Shown piece after piece: positions 40,311 to 51,679 of a stretch of 64,000 nucleotides of DNA. The notes under the pieces are model-generated. The model saw only the letters and a program-made list of their open reading frames with translations, did no database searches and was not told the DNA's origin. This DNA is from Alphaproteobacteria bacterium (lineage in GTDB: Bacteria; Pseudomonadota; Alphaproteobacteria; MPNO01; UBA830), in the NCBI GenBank assembly GCA_965243135.1, contig OZ251539.1, positions 3,616,001 through 3,680,000 of the forward strand. Direction: 5' to 3'. How positions within the stretch are numbered: position 1 is the stretch's first letter; each line of letters begins with the position of its first letter. The translations under genes were made by a program, and so were the position numbers.

Positions 40311-40931
40311 GTGACGCCGGAAACGCAAACGGCATGCGGCTTGTTGCTTGCCGGCGGACGTTCGAGACGCATGGGCGGCGGCGACAAGTGTCTCGCGTCC
40401 GTCGCCGGGCGAACGTTGCTGCGCCGCATTGCCGACATCGCCGCGCCCCAGGTCGGGCCGATGCTGCTCAACACGAACAGCGATCCCGCCCTGTTCGAGG
40501 ATTACGGATTTCCAGTGGCGGCGGACGTGGTGGAAGGGTTCGCAGGGCCGCTTGCCGGAGTATTGACTGGCCTCGAATGGGCGCGGGAAAACGCGCCCGG
40601 CTGCGCGTGGGTCGCCAGCTTCGCCTGCGATGCGCCGTTGATTCCCTCCGACCTCGTGGCGCGGCTCGCCGCAGCGGTCGCGGAACGCCGGGCGGACATG
40701 GCGTGCGCGAGCTCCGGCGGACGCGATCATCCCGTTTTCGCGCTCTGGCCGGTCCGGCTCGCGGAGGATCTGCGCCGCGCGGTCGTCGATCAGGACGTCC
40801 GCAAGGTGGATGTCTGGACCGGACGATACCATCTGGCGCGCGCCGAATTCCCCGTCGAACCGTTCGATCCGTTCTTCAACGTGAACCGTCCGGAGGATCT
40901 GGAGGCCGTCGCCGCGCTTCTTGTGGGCTGA
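40311..40931 (+). CDS. mobA: Molybdenum cofactor guanylyltransferase
   Basis: LAGGRSRRMGGGDK, GPLAG, CDAP, FFNVN. Start approximate. Confidence 0.92.
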   Translation: MTPETQTACGLLLAGGRSRRMGGGDKCLASVAGRTLLRRIADIAAPQVGPMLLNTNSDPALFEDYGFPVAADVVEGFAGPLAGVLTGLEWARENAPGCAWVASFACDAPLIPSDLVARLAAAVAERRADMACASSGGRDHPVFALWPVRLAEDLRRAVVDQDVRKVDVWTGRYHLARAEFPVEPFDPFFNVNRPEDLEAVAALLVG

Positions 40932-40994
40932 CGGCGGCGCGGGCGGTCCGGGCCCTTCGCGCGCGGACGGCGGCGACCGTTTCGCGGCGGCGCG

Positions 40995-41909
40995 TCAGGC
41001 CAAATGGCCGCCGAGGATTCCCGCGAGGAGCAGCCATCCGAACAGTCGGTTCGACTTGAACTTTGCGAGGCAGTCCCTGGGCGCGTCGAGATCGACGCGC
41101 GCCGCCTGCCATGCCAACTGCGAAAAGCCCGCCGCGATCCCGATCCAGAAGAGCCATTCCAACCCGGCCAGATGCCCCGCCGCGCCGAACAAGATCGTCG
41201 CGCAGGCGTAAAAGAACAGCAACCACGGCTTGGAGGCCGGCACCCCGAGAGCGCGCGCCGAAGAGCCGACTCGCGCCGCCGGATCGTCCCGCCGATCCTG
41301 GTGCGCGTAGATCGTGTCGTATCCGAGCGTCCAGAAAACGCCGCCCGCGTACAGCGCGAAGGCCGGGGCGGCCAGATCTCCGCGAGCGGCGGCCCATCCG
41401 AGCAGCGCGCCCCAATTGAAGGCGAGGCCAAGCACGAATTGCGGCCAGAACGTTACGCGCTTGGCGAGAGGATACAGAGCGACGAGAGGCAAGGACGCGA
41501 CTCCGACCCATATCGCGTAGCTGTCGAGAGAAAGCAGAATCGCCGCGCCGATCGCGAGCTGCGCCAGAAACCAGACGAACGCCTGAAGCACGGTCACTTC
41601 GCCGGCGGGCAGCGGACGGTCGCGGGTGCGCGCGACGCGAGCGTCGAGCTTGCGGTCGAGAATGTCGTTCCACGTGCAACCGGCGCCCCGCATCGCCAAG
41701 GCGCCGGCGCCGAACAGGACGTAGAGATGCAGACTGTTGGGAGACGCCAGCGCGATGCTCCACCAGCACGGAAACAACAGCAGCCAGGAGCCGATCGGCC
41801 GGTCGAGGCGCGAGAGCCGAACATAGGGCCGGATCCCTGCCGGCATCCATCGGTCGACCCAGCCGCCGCGCGGTATGTCGCTGGCGCGGCCGCGCGCGGT
41901 TTCGTTCAT
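40995..41909 (-). CDS. ubiA: 4-hydroxybenzoate polyprenyltransferase
   Basis: RLDRPIG, MRGAGCTWND, RTRDRPL, YDTIYAHQD. Confidence 0.95.
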   Translation of the reverse strand: MNETARGRASDIPRGGWVDRWMPAGIRPYVRLSRLDRPIGSWLLLFPCWWSIALASPNSLHLYVLFGAGALAMRGAGCTWNDILDRKLDARVARTRDRPLPAGEVTVLQAFVWFLAQLAIGAAILLSLDSYAIWVGVASLPLVALYPLAKRVTFWPQFVLGLAFNWGALLGWAAARGDLAAPAFALYAGGVFWTLGYDTIYAHQDRRDDPAARVGSSARALGVPASKPWLLFFYACATILFGAAGHLAGLEWLFWIGIAAGFSQLAWQAARVDLDAPRDCLAKFKSNRLFGWLLLAGILGGHLA

Positions 41910-43019
41910 TCTCCGGCTTTCGGCCGGCGGTCGCGCCGGACATTTTCGCGCCGACGGACGGGCCGGAGACATCCACGCGCCGCCGCAGCCTGACGCGACA
42001 GCGGCCGCGCCGTTTCCGGGTCGGCGGCTCCGGGCCGGGCATTCTTCATGAGACTCCCGCCGCCATCTCGAGAGAGCGCCGTTTGGCCGCCAAGCATGGC
42101 GCGCCTACGAAATCGCAGAACATGCCGAGCGTCCGGCATCCTCCCGAGGCGCGAAACCGGCTTGTCGCGGCGGCATGCCGAAAGCGGGAAAACCCGTGTT
42201 ATGCGGAGGAATTGCGGAAGACGACGTCGTCGGCGCAGCGGCGGCGCTGCAACCCTGTCGGCTCCGGAACGGAGCGGGGGATTATTTCGCAACAGGAGAG
42301 CCATCCCCGTAAAATATCGCATTTACCGATGCGCGAGCGAGAAGCCTACCGTACACGCAACCGGTCCACATGCGACGAGAAATCAAACGAACGGACAATC
42401 GGGAAGACGGCGACTGCCGTCCTTTCCCGGACGCTACTCCACCCACGCCTGCGACTACAACCGTCAAGAAACGGTCGCGTCGGAAGCCGGGCGCAGCGCT
42501 TTGGAGGGCCGGCCCGGACGCGAGACACCCTCCTGCGATCGAACTTCGGCCGGACAGACGCGCACGGAAACGCAGACCTTTCCGACGGCCTTCCTGTTCG
42601 AGTGCGCGTTCGCGCCAAAGCGCGGGCTGAACCTGACCGCTCATCGGCAAGGCGGCCGACGACATGCTTCCCGGAGTCCGCGTAGCGCGTTCTTTCAAGT
42701 TCGCATCGCGACATGCCTGAGCGCCCGCTAACGTCGAGGAGCAAGGTCAGGCGACGCGGACCGCAAGACACGGGACTGTTTATTCCGCAGGGGTTCGCGA
42801 CCGCGCATTTCTTCCGGCAGAGGCCCGAGCGCTTTTCGACGCGGGCCGCGGAGATCCGCTCACCGTGGTCACCGTAGACACCTTGCACTATCGGCCATGC
42901 GGGGAAGGCCGCGAGCCGACTCTTTCGCGATAAGCGGAAGGCCGGTATAGTCGGCGCACAAGGCGCTCGGGGCGATGCGGTCTGAACAGTCCTGCGCGGC
43001 GCGTCAGGGAAATTGGGCG

Positions 43020-43814
43020 ATGACCGGCTACCTGTTTCGTGATCGTTGGCCTGCCACGGATCTCGCACGCTCCATTGCTTCGCTGCGTTCGGATGGGTTG
43101 TTCGACGAATACGAAAACTTGCGAGATGATCCACCGCGCCGCTCGCAACCATATCTTGTCGAACATCATGACGGGACAACCGAGGAGAGGTCGCGCAACG
43201 ACCGCGGCATTCAGTACGAACCGCGCTACGCGATAGCGCTCTGGAATCTTGGAAAATCCGCATGGCCGCGGTCCGACGGCGATCGGCAGCGTTTTATCGA
43301 CTATCAGATGCCACTCAAAGCCGTTCGGACGGACAAAATTGGCGAGGTCGATCTGCTCGGCATTACGGATCAAGGCCGCCTGATAGTCGTGGAATTGAAG
43401 TTTCCGCGCAGGAGCCGGGGCGACTCGCCGATGTTCGCTCTGATGGAGGGGCTACGCTACGCCGCCGTCGTTGAAGGTCGCTCCGAACGCATCGCAAAGG
43501 AGATCGAGGATCGCATTCGTTGCGAGGTCGACCGCGAGACTCCGCCGATCGTGCAGCTATTGGCGCCATGCTCGTGGTGGCGGGCGTGGTTGGACCCGAA
43601 GCTAAAACGAGCGGCCGGCGACTGGAATCGGGAATTCGATAATCTCGCTTCGAAGATCGAGAAATCAATCGGCGTGACGGTCGAGTGCCTGGCAACGGAT
43701 ACCAGCATCCCGGAAGTGGAGACCGGTTTGCGCAAACAGCGGCCGACGCTCGACCGCGCGCCAAACTTTTTTGCGGTTCGTCTCGCCTCGTCCGAGTTCG
43801 TTCCTCTGCGTTGA
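43020..43814 (+). CDS. Hypothetical protein with PD-(D/E)XK-like motif
   Basis: YQMPL..GEVDLLG....LIVVELK. Open 264-aa frame. Confidence 0.6.
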   Translation: MTGYLFRDRWPATDLARSIASLRSDGLFDEYENLRDDPPRRSQPYLVEHHDGTTEERSRNDRGIQYEPRYAIALWNLGKSAWPRSDGDRQRFIDYQMPLKAVRTDKIGEVDLLGITDQGRLIVVELKFPRRSRGDSPMFALMEGLRYAAVVEGRSERIAKEIEDRIRCEVDRETPPIVQLLAPCSWWRAWLDPKLKRAAGDWNREFDNLASKIEKSIGVTVECLATDTSIPEVETGLRKQRPTLDRAPNFFAVRLASSEFVPLR

Positions 43815-43899
43815 TCGAATCTTGTGCGTGAGGCGGCGGTACGGTTGGCACCCCGCTCCGCTGCCAGATCCGCAAGGATCGTGCAGACGTCCGGAACAA

Positions 43900-44006
43900 A
43901 AGGAGTGCTTCGGTTTCCGCTCCGTAAATCGCCCTAGCTGCGCCGGAACGACATTTGCTGGATGGGGCTTGCGCCCACCTGAAGGAAGCGCCTTTCCACG
44001 ACGCAC
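43900..44006 (-). mobile_element. 5' fragment of a second, related group II intron
   Basis: GTGCGTCGTGGAAAGGCGCTT.. aligns with 3307-3190. Preceded by ATCTCA. Confidence 0.8.
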
Positions 44007-44027
44007 TGAGATATGCGGGCTAAGCTC

Positions 44028-44555
44028 GTGAAGGAACTGTTCAAGGTGACGGTCGAAGTCACAGACGGCCTGCCGACCCTTCGTTACCGGTTCGACTGGC
44101 GCGGGCAGTGACTGCAGCGTACATTGCCCGGCAAGGCCCTCGTCATTACTGACAACGCCGACTGGAGCGACGTGGAAATTGTACAGGGCGCAGTGTCGAG
44201 AGCGCGTTCCAAAAGAACGCTCACGGCCTGAAGCCGTCGCTCGAAAGATCGGGGTGCATTTCTTCCGCTGCGTCATCGACTTGTTGCCGAGCGGTATCCT
44301 GAAGCGTGAAACGCGCAGCAGCAGCCTGAGGAGTTCAGCGCTGCTTGATCAGCTCGGCCCGGGAATTCGGTGTCGCGCATCCCGGCAGGAAGCCCGTTGC
44401 AACGTTGTCGCGGATGATCGGCGGCCAGCGCGCCCTTTACGAAGCTCTCGACCTACGATGGCCGCTGCCCCTTGCCCGATCTGTTAGGTCATACTGCGGT
44501 ACCCTGATAATATTGGTAAATCAACTGCATGCGGAATCTCGCGGTAAACTCGAGC
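44028..44555 (+). mobile_element. IS1634-like transposase C-terminal relic
   Basis: Broken frames read GKALVITDNADWSDVEIV, VESAF, KIGVHFFRCVI, ALLDQLG and QRALYEALDL. Confidence 0.65.
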
Positions 44556-44632
44556 CAAGAGCGGTGGCCGTTCTCGACGGGGCACTCGTCGATTCGAATC
44601 TGCCACAGCCTTTCGCGAGGGCAGCTGCCGAA

Positions 44633-44810
44633 ATCAGGTGGACCGCCCGCCCGAGATGACGTTACCTCGCCGTATAGCCCTTCTCCCGCAGCCGCGCGAT
44701 TTCCTCCCGCCCGCGCTCGACCGCCTTGAACTCGAACAGGTAGACGTATCGTCATGTTGACGCGCCCCGGCTGCCGCCGGTCTCGGAGGCTGGCGCGATT
44801 GAGACAGCTC
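44633..44810 (-). pseudogene. Relic of the AAA-nuclease 3' end (copy 7)
   Basis: ATCAGGTGGACC..GCCCTTCTCCCGCAG..CCTTGAACTCGAACAGGTAGACG..GCGCCCCGGCTGCCG match the 3' ends of the other copies, with indels. Confidence 0.85.
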
Positions 44811-44870
44811 TTGACGGCCTGTGTCGAAAGCGCTACGGAATTTTTCATATATCAAGTGTGGAGAGGTACA

Positions 44871-45968
44871 ATGTCGTCCGCATATGAAGAGACTGTATCC
44901 GACGTCACCGAAAATACCGATAACGTGGACGACGATTCCGAGGAGGATGAGCAAAGGAAGATCACCTATAGCATATCGAGCTATGGTGCGGATTATACGG
45001 CCGATAGTATCGTAAAACGACTTGATAATGAAGCATTTTACTTTCCTGAATTTCAGAGATCCTATGTCTGGACTCGCCCTCAAGCATCTCGTTTTATCGA
45101 ATCTCTCCTCCTCGGACTTCCTGTTCCGGGAGTATTTCTTGCGAAAGAGGAAGAAACACACAAGCATTTGATCATAGATGGACAACAAAGGCTTAAATCT
45201 CTTCAGTTCTTTTATCAAGGACGTTTTCGAGATAATAAGAAGTTCGGTCTTCAGAAAGTCGATGAAAGATGGAACGGGAAATCAATAGATGATTTGCGCG
45301 AAGAGGACCGTCGGCGTCTCGATGACTCGATCATTCATTGTACAATATTCAAACAAAACAGACCAGAAGAAGACGATACCAGCTTTCATGACGTTTTTGA
45401 TCGACTTAATACCGGCGGAGTGAAACTATATCCTCAGGAGATTCGAAACTGCGTAGATCACGGTAATCTTACGAAGCTTCTGAACGCCTGCAATGAAATA
45501 GAGGTTTGGAGACGTATTTTTGGAAAAGAAAGCGTTAGATTGAAAGATCAAGAGCTGATATTGAGATTTTTTGCGTTTTATATGAACGAAAACTACCAGA
45601 GACCCATGAAAGAATTTCTTGATCGGTTTTCCCATAAAAATCGAAAATTAAGCGATGAACGATACGAAACGATGCTTTGCCTGTTCGAAAATACAATAAA
45701 CACCGTAGGAAACGCTGTCGGAGAAAAAAAAGCATTTCGACCTAGTAAAAATCTCAATGCCGCGGTATTCGAGGCGGTTATGGTTGGCGTGGCCCGCCGA
45801 ATGGAAGCGAAAGAAGCGAGCGATCTTACCAAGGATGCGGTGAAGAAAGCTTATCTTGAGCTCGTCAAAAATGGGGAGTTTCTTGACGCCTGCAGTCAGC
45901 ATTCATCCGACGAGAAAAATGTCAGAAAACGGCAAAGATTAGCGAGACGTGCGTTCGCCAGTGCATAA
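44871..45968 (+). CDS. DUF262 (ParB/GmrS-like) domain protein
   Basis: PEFQRSYVW, FIESLLLGLPVP, IIDGQQRL, FDRLNTGG. Low GC. Confidence 0.88.
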   Translation: MSSAYEETVSDVTENTDNVDDDSEEDEQRKITYSISSYGADYTADSIVKRLDNEAFYFPEFQRSYVWTRPQASRFIESLLLGLPVPGVFLAKEEETHKHLIIDGQQRLKSLQFFYQGRFRDNKKFGLQKVDERWNGKSIDDLREEDRRRLDDSIIHCTIFKQNRPEEDDTSFHDVFDRLNTGGVKLYPQEIRNCVDHGNLTKLLNACNEIEVWRRIFGKESVRLKDQELILRFFAFYMNENYQRPMKEFLDRFSHKNRKLSDERYETMLCLFENTINTVGNAVGEKKAFRPSKNLNAAVFEAVMVGVARRMEAKEASDLTKDAVKKAYLELVKNGEFLDACSQHSSDEKNVRKRQRLARRAFASA

Positions 45969-46452
45969 AGGTGGGGATTTGAAGTTCGAAGATGATCAAC
46001 TTAGGGTTAAACTCGTTTCCGAAGCGCTGGAAGATCTTCCAGACAACGAGGAGATACGAAGCCATTGGACTCGATATCTGTGCGTCCTGACGGCGGGCCT
46101 TCTTGAAACCGGTCTGCGTGAAATAATAATGGAATATGTTCGAAGAAATTCAGATCAACGGATTCAAAAAAAGCTTAGCGGCAGACAACTATCGCCGCCG
46201 AATCCAAAAAGCGGCGTAATTATCTCTACATTGTCCGGTTTCGACAAAAAATGGGGAGAGGAGATAAAAAAATACATCACGGACGAAAAAGGGGACAAGA
46301 TCGACAGCGTAATGAATAATCGGAATAGAATAGCGCATGGTCAAGATGTTTCGGTTACTTCTAGAGCGCTAAATTCGCAATATCAAGAGGTCGTTGAAGT
46401 TGTCAAATTCGTAAATGATCTTGTATTGACGCAGTCGGACGTGGCGGAATGA
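45961..46452 (+). CDS. HEPN-domain protein
   Basis: RNRIAHG (RxxxxH) motif with an upstream Y......GLLE helix. Overlaps the DUF262 stop. Start uncertain. Confidence 0.75.
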   Translation: MHKGGDLKFEDDQLRVKLVSEALEDLPDNEEIRSHWTRYLCVLTAGLLETGLREIIMEYVRRNSDQRIQKKLSGRQLSPPNPKSGVIISTLSGFDKKWGEEIKKYITDEKGDKIDSVMNNRNRIAHGQDVSVTSRALNSQYQEVVEVVKFVNDLVLTQSDVAE

Positions 46453-47082
46453 ATCCGAAGGCATTCTTGTTTGATGCATTGCAAGACGGAAGGTAGGCGT
46501 GAAACGTAGCCCATCGATGAAACAGCGTGTTCCTCGCTTTGAATGAAAACGGGGAATTGATGATTGCGCGGCGGCTTGGCGTTCGTCGTCCCACAGCTGT
46601 GGAGGGCGTTTTTCGGGACCTGTCGGAAAACCCGTTCGAGATCGAGGTGCTTTCAAGGTATCGCGAACGGATCGACTGGCAACGATTTGAATCCGGTTCC
46701 CTCCCCGCCCAGCACTGCCGTGCGACGCTTCCGCTTCCCAACGCACCTCGTCCCGCCGCCGGGGGCGGCGTCGCCGACGGCAAAGCCCCCTCGTCCGTCG
46801 GTCGCTTCGAAGCAAAAATTCGGTATGAGGGCACAAGGATCCCATGTCCGGTTCCCGGGACAAATTTTCTTCGTCTCCCGGGTAGCAAACGCTTACCCCA
46901 CAAAGAGACTCCTACGCTGTTCCGAACGTCTTCGCCGAGTCGCCGGATGTCCTCTCCTCTCAGGATGAGCTGGCCAGCATCGGCGCGGCGTCGGATTGAC
47001 TCGAGCCGGCCGACAGCGTATACGGCGAGCGTTCCGTTCGTGCGCCGACGTTCGGGATTCCATCAGCCGCAGGATGCCGTTC

Positions 47083-47472
47083 ATGGCGAAGCGTCCCTTG
47101 TCTCCGCATCTTCAGATCTACAGGCCCCAGCTCACTTCGGTGCTGTCCATTCTGCACCGCCTGACCGGCATTGCGTTGGCGGTTGGCACGCTGCTCCTGG
47201 TGTGGTGGCTGGCTGCGGCCGCATCCGGCGAAAGCGCTTTCGCCGACGTCCAGGCGGTGATCGGCTCCTGGATCGGCAGGTTGCTGCTGCTGGGCTGGTC
47301 GTTCGCGCTCTTCTTCCATCTTTGCAACGGCATTCGCCATCTGTTTTGGGACGCGGGCAAGGGATTCGCGCTCGGCGCCGTCTACGCCAGCGGGCGAGCG
47401 GCGGTGGCGGCCGCCGTCGCGCTCACCGCCGCCGCGTGGATCTGGGGGTACGCGACCATGGGCGCCTTCTGA
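47083..47472 (+). CDS. sdhC: Succinate dehydrogenase cytochrome b556 subunit
   Basis: [30 protein letters not shown]. Confidence 0.96.
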   Translation: MAKRPLSPHLQIYRPQLTSVLSILHRLTGIALAVGTLLLVWWLAAAASGESAFADVQAVIGSWIGRLLLLGWSFALFFHLCNGIRHLFWDAGKGFALGAVYASGRAAVAAAVALTAAAWIWGYATMGAF

Positions 47473-47852
47473 TGACGAGACAATCGCCGCTGGCCCGAGT
47501 CCGGGGACTCGGAACGGCCAGGGAGGGGGTTGCGCACTGGTGGGCGCAACGCCTGACCGCAGTGGCGCTCGTTCCTTTGCTGATCTGGTTCGTGGCGTCG
47601 CTCTGCGCCATGACGGGCGCCGATTACGGCGAGGTTCGAACGTGGATCTCGCAGCCGATGGTGTCGATCCTGCTCGTGCTGCTGGCCGTCGCCGCGTTCC
47701 ACCATGCGCAGCTCGGTCTCCAGGTCGTCCTCGAGGACTACGTTCGGACCGAATGGCTGAAGCTTTCGAGCATCGTTCTCGTCAGGTTCGCAGCGGTCGC
47801 GCTCGCCGTGGCCGCCATCCTGTCCGTCGCCAGGATCGCCCTCGGAAAATGA
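47472..47852 (+). CDS. sdhD: Succinate dehydrogenase membrane anchor
   Basis: [22 protein letters not shown]. Confidence 0.95.
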   Translation: MTRQSPLARVRGLGTAREGVAHWWAQRLTAVALVPLLIWFVASLCAMTGADYGEVRTWISQPMVSILLVLLAVAAFHHAQLGLQVVLEDYVRTEWLKLSSIVLVRFAAVALAVAAILSVARIALGK

Positions 47853-49645
47853 GCTCCAAGTCTTACGAAATCGTCGACCATACCTACGACGTCGTGGTGC
47901 TCGGCGCCGGCGGCGCCGGCCTTCGCGCCACTTTCGGCATGGCGCTGAAGAACCTCCGCACGGCCTGCATCACCAAGGTGTTCCCGACCCGAAGCCACAC
48001 CGTCGCCGCGCAGGGAGGGATTTCCGCGGCGCTCGGAAACATGAGCGAGGACGACTGGCGCTGGCATTTCTACGACACGGTGAAGGGGGCCGACTGGCTC
48101 GGCGACCAGGACGCGATCGAGTACATGTGCCGCGAGGCCATTCCCGCGGTTCTGGAACTCGAGCATTACGGCGTGCCGTTTTCGCGGACCGAAAAGGGCG
48201 AGATCTATCAGCGTCCTTTCGGCGGCATGACCACCAGATACGGCGACGGTCCGCCGGCGCAACGCACGGCCGCCGCCGCCGACCGGACGGGACACGCCAT
48301 TCTCCACACCCTGTACCAACAATCCCTGAAGCACCGCGCCGAGTTCTTCGTGGAATACTTCGGGCTCGACCTCCTCATGGACGACGATGGGGTTTGCCGC
48401 GGCGTGATGGCGTGGAACCTCGACGACGGAACCATCCACCGTTTCAGGGCCGGCCTGGTCGTGGTCGCGACCGGCGGCTACGGGCGCTGCTACTTCTCGT
48501 GCACCGGCGCCCACACCCAGACCGGGGACGGCAACGCGATGGCGCTGCGCGCCGGCCTGCCGTGCGAAGACATGGAGTTCATCCAGTTCCACCCCACGGG
48601 AATCTACGGGGCGGGCTGCCTCATCACTGAAGGCGTGCGGGGCGAAGGAGGATACCTGACCAATTCGGAAGGCGAGCGCTTCATGGAACGCTACGCGCCG
48701 AGCGTGAAGGACCTCGCCTCGCGCGACGTCGTGAGCCGCGCGATGACCATGGAAATCCGCGAGGGCCGCGGCGTCGGCGCCGACAGCGACCACATCCACC
48801 TTCACATCGAGCATCTCGACCCGGATGTCATCGGCGAGCGGCTGCCGGGAATTTCCGAGACCGCCCGCATCTTTGCGGGCGTCGACGTCACCAGGGAGCC
48901 GATTCCCGTGCTCCCCACCGTGCATTACAACATGGGGGGCATCCCCACCACCTACCGTGGCGAAATGGTGAAGCCGGCGGACGGAAACCCGGAGGAGATC
49001 CAGCCCGGCCTCATGGCGATCGGCGAGGCGGCTTGCGTTTCGGTTCACGGCGCCAACCGCCTGGGATCGAATTCGCTGCTCGACCTCGTCGTTTTCGGCC
49101 GCGCCGCCGCCGAGCGGGCCGCGGAGATGGTCGATCCCGGCGGAAAACAGCCCGAACTTCCGAGGGACGCCGGCGAAGCGGCGCTGGATCGCTTCGACGC
49201 GCGCCGCCACGCTTCCGGCTCCGTTCCCACGGCGGAACTGCGGCTCGGGATGCAGCGCGCCATGCAATCGCACTGCGCCGTGTTCCGAACCGAGGAACTG
49301 ATGGTGGAAGGCCGGCGCAAGCTTTCGGAACTCTGGTCGAAGAACGACGACGTGAAGGTCGCGGACAAGTCGTTGATCTGGAATTCCGATTTGGCGGAGA
49401 CTCTGGAATACGACAATCTGCTGGCGCAGGCGATCGTCAGCCTCGATTCCGCGATCAACCGCAAGGAGAGCCGCGGCGGGCACGCGCGCGAAGATTTTCC
49501 CGACCGCGACGACGACAACTGGATGAAGCACACCTACGTGTGGCTCAACGAGGACGGAACCACCCGCATCGAGTACCGCCCGGTCCATGGCGAGACGATG
49601 AGCGGCGACGTGGAAGCGGTTCCGCCGAAGGAACGGGTGTACTGA
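47849..49645 (+). CDS. sdhA: Succinate dehydrogenase flavoprotein
   Basis: [33 protein letters not shown]. Confidence 0.98.
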   Translation: MSSKSYEIVDHTYDVVVLGAGGAGLRATFGMALKNLRTACITKVFPTRSHTVAAQGGISAALGNMSEDDWRWHFYDTVKGADWLGDQDAIEYMCREAIPAVLELEHYGVPFSRTEKGEIYQRPFGGMTTRYGDGPPAQRTAAAADRTGHAILHTLYQQSLKHRAEFFVEYFGLDLLMDDDGVCRGVMAWNLDDGTIHRFRAGLVVVATGGYGRCYFSCTGAHTQTGDGNAMALRAGLPCEDMEFIQFHPTGIYGAGCLITEGVRGEGGYLTNSEGERFMERYAPSVKDLASRDVVSRAMTMEIREGRGVGADSDHIHLHIEHLDPDVIGERLPGISETARIFAGVDVTREPIPVLPTVHYNMGGIPTTYRGEMVKPADGNPEEIQPGLMAIGEAACVSVHGANRLGSNSLLDLVVFGRAAAERAAEMVDPGGKQPELPRDAGEAALDRFDARRHASGSVPTAELRLGMQRAMQSHCAVFRTEELMVEGRRKLSELWSKNDDVKVADKSLIWNSDLAETLEYDNLLAQAIVSLDSAINRKESRGGHAREDFPDRDDDNWMKHTYVWLNEDGTTRIEYRPVHGETMSGDVEAVPPKERVY

Positions 49646-49646
49646 G

Positions 49647-50426
49647 ATGGCGCAATTCACGCTCCCCGCGAATTCGCGGATCCGCAAGGGCAGGACCTGG
49701 CCGGCGCCGGAAGGCGGCAAGAAGCCGAAGACCTTCCGAATCTATCGATGGGATCCGGATTCCGGCGAAACTCCGCGGGTCGACGCCTATACGATCGATC
49801 TCGAAGATTGCGGACCGATGGTCCTGGACGCGGTCATCAAGATCAAGAACGAGGTGGATTCGACCCTGACTTTCCGGCGCTCCTGCCGCGAGGGCGTGTG
49901 CGGTTCGTGCGCCATGAACATCGACGGCGGCAATACGCTCGCCTGCACCAAGTACGTCGACGACGTCAAGGGCGACATCAGGATCTACCCGCTGCCCCAC
50001 TTGCCCGTCGTCAAGGATCTCGTGCCCGACCTGAAGCAGGTTTACGCCCAGTACCTGTCGATCGAGCCGTGGCTCAAATCCGATACGCCGGCGCCCCCGG
50101 GGAAGGAGCGATTGCAGTCGCCGGAGGAGCGTCGCAAGCTCGACGGCCTTTGGGAATGCATCCTGTGCTTCTGCTGCTCGACCAGTTGTCCGAGCTATTG
50201 GTGGAACGGCGACCGCTATCTCGGGCCGGCCGCGCTGCTGCAGGCGAATCGCTGGATCCAGGATTCGCGCGACGAAGCGGCCGGCGAGCGCCTCGACGAA
50301 CTTGAAGACCCGTTCCGGTTGTATCGCTGCCATACCATCATGAACTGCACCAACGCCTGTCCGAAGGCTCTCAATCCCGCCAAGGCGATCGCGGAAATCA
50401 AGCAGGCGATGGTCTCGCGGCGCTAG
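49647..50426 (+). CDS. sdhB: Succinate dehydrogenase iron-sulfur subunit
   Basis: [29 protein letters not shown]...CP. Confidence 0.98.
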   Translation: MAQFTLPANSRIRKGRTWPAPEGGKKPKTFRIYRWDPDSGETPRVDAYTIDLEDCGPMVLDAVIKIKNEVDSTLTFRRSCREGVCGSCAMNIDGGNTLACTKYVDDVKGDIRIYPLPHLPVVKDLVPDLKQVYAQYLSIEPWLKSDTPAPPGKERLQSPEERRKLDGLWECILCFCCSTSCPSYWWNGDRYLGPAALLQANRWIQDSRDEAAGERLDELEDPFRLYRCHTIMNCTNACPKALNPAKAIAEIKQAMVSRR

Positions 50427-50476
50427 CCGCTCTCGCGAAGGAAGGGCGGCGGGCGCGTCCGCCGCCCGGCGGCGTC

Positions 50477-51577
50477 TTGACCGAAGGCCCTCTCCCGGCA
50501 TACCGCGCCCGGCAGCGCGAAGGCGGACTGAAGCACGATCCCGCCCAGGAGCGCGCAGCGGAGCGACTGCAATCACTGTGGCAAGCGCTTCGCGAACCCG
50601 TGAGCTGGCGCGCGCGGTTCGGGCTGGCGCGTCGTCCTGCCGCGCCGCGCGGCCTGTACATCTGCGGCAGGGTCGGTCGCGGCAAATCCATGCTGATGGA
50701 TCTTTTCTTCGCCGCGGTCGAAGACGGGCGCAAGCGTCGCGTTCACTTCAACGAATTCATGCTCGAAACGCACGACGCCCTGCATCGCTGGCGGCAGCGG
50801 GAAGGCTCGCTTCGGGATCCGCTGCCGCGGCTAGCCCGGACCATCGCGGCGGAAGCGCGGTTGCTGTGCTTCGACGAGTTTCGGGTCGAGAACATCGCGG
50901 ACGCGATGATCCTGGGGCGACTCTTCCAGGGGCTGTTCGACGAGGGCGTGGCGATCGTGGCGACCAGCAACGCGCATCCGGACGATCTATATCGCGACGG
51001 ATTGCAACGCGAACGCTTCCTGCCGTTCATCGAGCTCCTCAAACGCCGCGCCGACATCCTGCAACTCGATGCGCAGCGCGACTACCGGCGCGACGGGTTG
51101 GCGGGCAGGCCCGTCTACTACGCTCCGGTCACGGCCGAAACGGACGCGGCGCTCGACGAAGTATTCTCCGCGTTGACCGGCGGCGCCCCGGCGAAACCCT
51201 CCCGGCTAGAGGTAATGGGGAGAATCCTGGTCGTCCCGGCGGCTGCGGAAGGAGTCGCCCGTTTCCCTTTCGAAGCGCTGTGCGGCCGTCCGCTCGGCGC
51301 GCCGGACTACCTCGCCCTAGCCAAGGCGTACCATACCGTGATCCTGTCCGACGTGCCGCTGTTGCCGCGGACGAAGAGAAGCGAGGCTCGCCGGATGGTA
51401 ACTCTTGTCGACATTCTCTACGACAACGGCATAAATCTGGTCGTGTCCGCCGCCGCCGAACCCGATGCGCTTTGCGTCGAAGGAGACGTCGCGGTCGCGT
51501 TTCAACGCACCGCTTCCCGGTTGATCGAGATGCGGAGCGTCAGCTACATCGAAAACCCGCCCGCGGGCCGTATCTGA
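50477..51577 (+). CDS. zapE: AFG1/ZapE ATPase
   Basis: GLY..GRVGRGKSMLMD, LCFDEF, ATSN, FQRTASRL. Confidence 0.93.
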   Translation: MTEGPLPAYRARQREGGLKHDPAQERAAERLQSLWQALREPVSWRARFGLARRPAAPRGLYICGRVGRGKSMLMDLFFAAVEDGRKRRVHFNEFMLETHDALHRWRQREGSLRDPLPRLARTIAAEARLLCFDEFRVENIADAMILGRLFQGLFDEGVAIVATSNAHPDDLYRDGLQRERFLPFIELLKRRADILQLDAQRDYRRDGLAGRPVYYAPVTAETDAALDEVFSALTGGAPAKPSRLEVMGRILVVPAAAEGVARFPFEALCGRPLGAPDYLALAKAYHTVILSDVPLLPRTKRSEARRMVTLVDILYDNGINLVVSAAAEPDALCVEGDVAVAFQRTASRLIEMRSVSYIENPPAGRI

Positions 51578-51679
51578 AGAATCGCCCTCGGGCATGCCGG
51601 AGTCGCGCCGCAGCCGGTTCGCGAAGGCGGCCTGCCGGCGACTCGCGGGCCGGCCGCCGTCCTTGCCGCGCGAGACGGA

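Noticed and set aside
42000-43019. Overlapping 100-300 aa ORFs upstream of ubiA
   Set aside because: None has a recognisable motif or consistent coding signal; likely decayed DNA.
46453-47082. N-terminal extension of the 441-aa ORF that ends in sdhD
   Set aside because: It overlaps sdhC out of frame; sdhD starts at 47472.
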